DNA of 64,000 nucleotides from assembly GCA_040902895.1 (NCBI GenBank), contig JBBDWL010000081.1, forward strand, positions 37,660 to 101,659, given 5' to 3'. The position numbers were made by a program, and so were the translations under genes. The stretch's first letter is position 1, and each line of letters starts with the position of its first letter. The notes beneath the pieces were generated by a model. That model worked only from the letters and a program-made list of their open reading frames with translations, did not search any database and had not been told where the DNA came from. Below, piece by piece: positions 62,946-64,000 of the stretch. Source of the DNA: Vicinamibacterales bacterium. GTDB lineage: Bacteria; Acidobacteriota; Vicinamibacteria; Vicinamibacterales; SCN-69-37.

Positions 62946-64000
62946 CTAGTTGACTGTCGTGTTGCCCCAGACCAAGGCGTTACCCCAAACCAAGGCGTTT
63001 CCCGAAACCAGCGTGTTTCCCCAAACCAGTGCGTTACCCCAAACGAGTGCGTTACCCCAGACCAGCGCATTGCCCCAGACCAACGCATTCCCCCAAACCA
63101 ACGCGTTACCCCAAACCAGCGCGTTGCCCGAGACAACTTGGTTTCCCCATACTAGGGCGGTCCCTTGAAGCTCTTTCCCTGCAACCCCGAACGCAATCCC
63201 GCTCGCCACGACCGCAACGCCATCGATCGTCGCGGCCGGCAGCGCGACGCCCGGACCGTTCTTGGCGACAAACATCGCGAGCGGAAGATTGATTTCTCCG
63301 GCGCCCATTTCGATTAGGCCGGCGCCTTCGATCGGCGAGGCGGTGAGTTGCATCGCGAGCTTGACCTGCGCGGGCGTCAGCGACGGCGCGGCGTCGAACA
63401 GCAGCGCGACGGCGCCAGACACGACCGCCGCCGACATGCTCGTGCCACTCAGCTCGATTCGGCCGTTCGCGCCCTGACCGCCCGCGCGGCGCTCGGGATA
63501 GATCTGCCACAGCGTCGATCCGTCAGCGCCCGCCGCCACAATGCGATTGCCGGGCGCGAGCACGTCGGGCTTAATCAGGCCGTCGGGATAGGTCGGGCCG
63601 CGCGAGCTCCACGTCGCCACCACATCGTCGGCCAGCGCCGCGGTGCCGCGCGTGTTGGCGCCGCCCGCCGTCAGCGACGCCGCCGACAGGCCGGGCGAGA
63701 CGATGCCGCCGAGAATCATGCGGCCATCGCCGGTCTTGCCAAGATTGCCGGCGGAGGCGACCACGACGATGCCGGCGCGCACGGCGCGCTCGACCGCCTG
63801 ACATAGCGGATCGTCCGACGCGCTTTCCTGCGGCGCATGGCCCAGCGAAAGATTGATGACGCGCAGCTGATACTGCGCGCGATTGGCCACCGCCCAGTCG
63901 ATCGCCTCGATGACATCGGCGACCGTGCCCTGGCCGTTCTCGTCGAGCACGCGCAGGCTCACGAGATGCGCGCCCGGCGCCATGCCGCGAAGTCCTTTCG
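62946..64000 (-). CDS. S8 (subtilisin-family) peptidase, C-terminal part with (GNALVW)n tail; 5' end outside window
   Basis: Catalytic Ser block SGTSMSAAVVSGAVALL and oxyanion region VVVASAGN. The ORF runs off the right edge. Eleven hexapeptide repeats precede the stop at 62946. Confidence 0.8.
   Translation of the reverse strand, partial: KGLRGMAPGAHLVSLRVLDENGQGTVADVIEAIDWAVANRAQYQLRVINLSLGHAPQESASDDPLCQAVERAVRAGIVVVASAGNLGKTGDGRMILGGIVSPGLSAASLTAGGANTRGTAALADDVVATWSSRGPTYPDGLIKPDVLAPGNRIVAAGADGSTLWQIYPERRAGGQGANGRIELSGTSMSAAVVSGAVALLFDAAPSLTPAQVKLAMQLTASPIEGAGLIEMGAGEINLPLAMFVAKNGPGVALPAATIDGVAVVASGIAFGVAGKELQGTALVWGNQVVSGNALVWGNALVWGNALVWGNALVWGNALVWGNALVWGNTLVSGNALVWGNALVWGNTTVN
62961..63158 (-). 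repeat. 18-bp tandem repeat x11 inside the S8 peptidase 3' end
   Basis: Units gttgccccagaccaaggc, gttaccccaaaccaaggc, gtttcccgaaaccagcgt ... gtttccccatactagggc, read directly. In frame, encoding GNALVW-type hexapeptides. Confidence 0.9.

Noticed and set aside
62950-63168. The plus-strand ORF encoding a QT(S/N/K)ALP repeat peptide opposite the S8 tail.
   Set aside because: It is the mirror image of the 18-bp repeat. The minus-strand frame is continuous with a bona fide S8 catalytic domain and ends in a stop just past the array. There is no independent start context.
58700-63170. Prophage, integrative element or transposon as the explanation for the low-GC segment.
   Set aside because: No integrase, transposase, phage genes, tRNA attachment site or terminal repeats are visible in the window. 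Only signalling genes are present, so I report it as a compositional anomaly without calling a mobile element.

Overview
High-GC (roughly two-thirds G+C by eye) bacterial chromosomal segment with dense coding on both strands. I see no rRNA, tRNA, CRISPR array, transposase or integrase. The gene content suggests an Acidobacteriota-like organism; this is inference only, since no search was possible. The supporting content is a PadR regulator next to a duplicated FtsX/MacB 'ADOP'-type permease, a CarboxypepD_reg-type TonB-dependent receptor, several TPR+PD40 beta-propeller proteins, a Ser/Thr kinase fused to TPR repeats, and sulfatase-TPR and PD40-PHP fusions.

I call 52 CDSs.
- Housekeeping: infA, glucokinase, transketolase, NAD synthase, a CCA-adding enzyme, an NAD-IDH-like dehydrogenase, proline dehydrogenase, threonine dehydratase and cyclophilin.
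- Peptidases: M14, M24, M20 and S8.
- Envelope proteins and signalling proteins.

All product calls rest on motif recognition in the supplied translations, not on database hits.

The most unusual signals are:
1. A ~4.5 kb low-GC segment (about 58.7-63.2 kb) whose edges lie inside ORFs. It carries the sensor half of a sigma-54 activator, a 7TM/HD-GYP/GAF/degenerate-GGDEF protein, and a textbook sigma-54 promoter plus a dyad in front of the activator itself.
2. Families of short tandem repeats with shared termini. Some are inserted in frame (period 9 or 18) in coding loops and linkers; others sit in intergenic DNA (period 7, 8 or 37).
3. An AT-rich, inverted-repeat-flanked cassette carrying a four-helix-bundle (rRNA-IVS-type) protein gene.
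4. A diadenylate-cyclase-fold protein with a degenerate RHR motif.
5. An Omp85-type barrel translationally coupled to a secreted protein with a kinase-like HxDxxxxN...DFN signature.
6. Several -10 hexamers placed 6-7 nt from start codons, which suggests leaderless transcripts.
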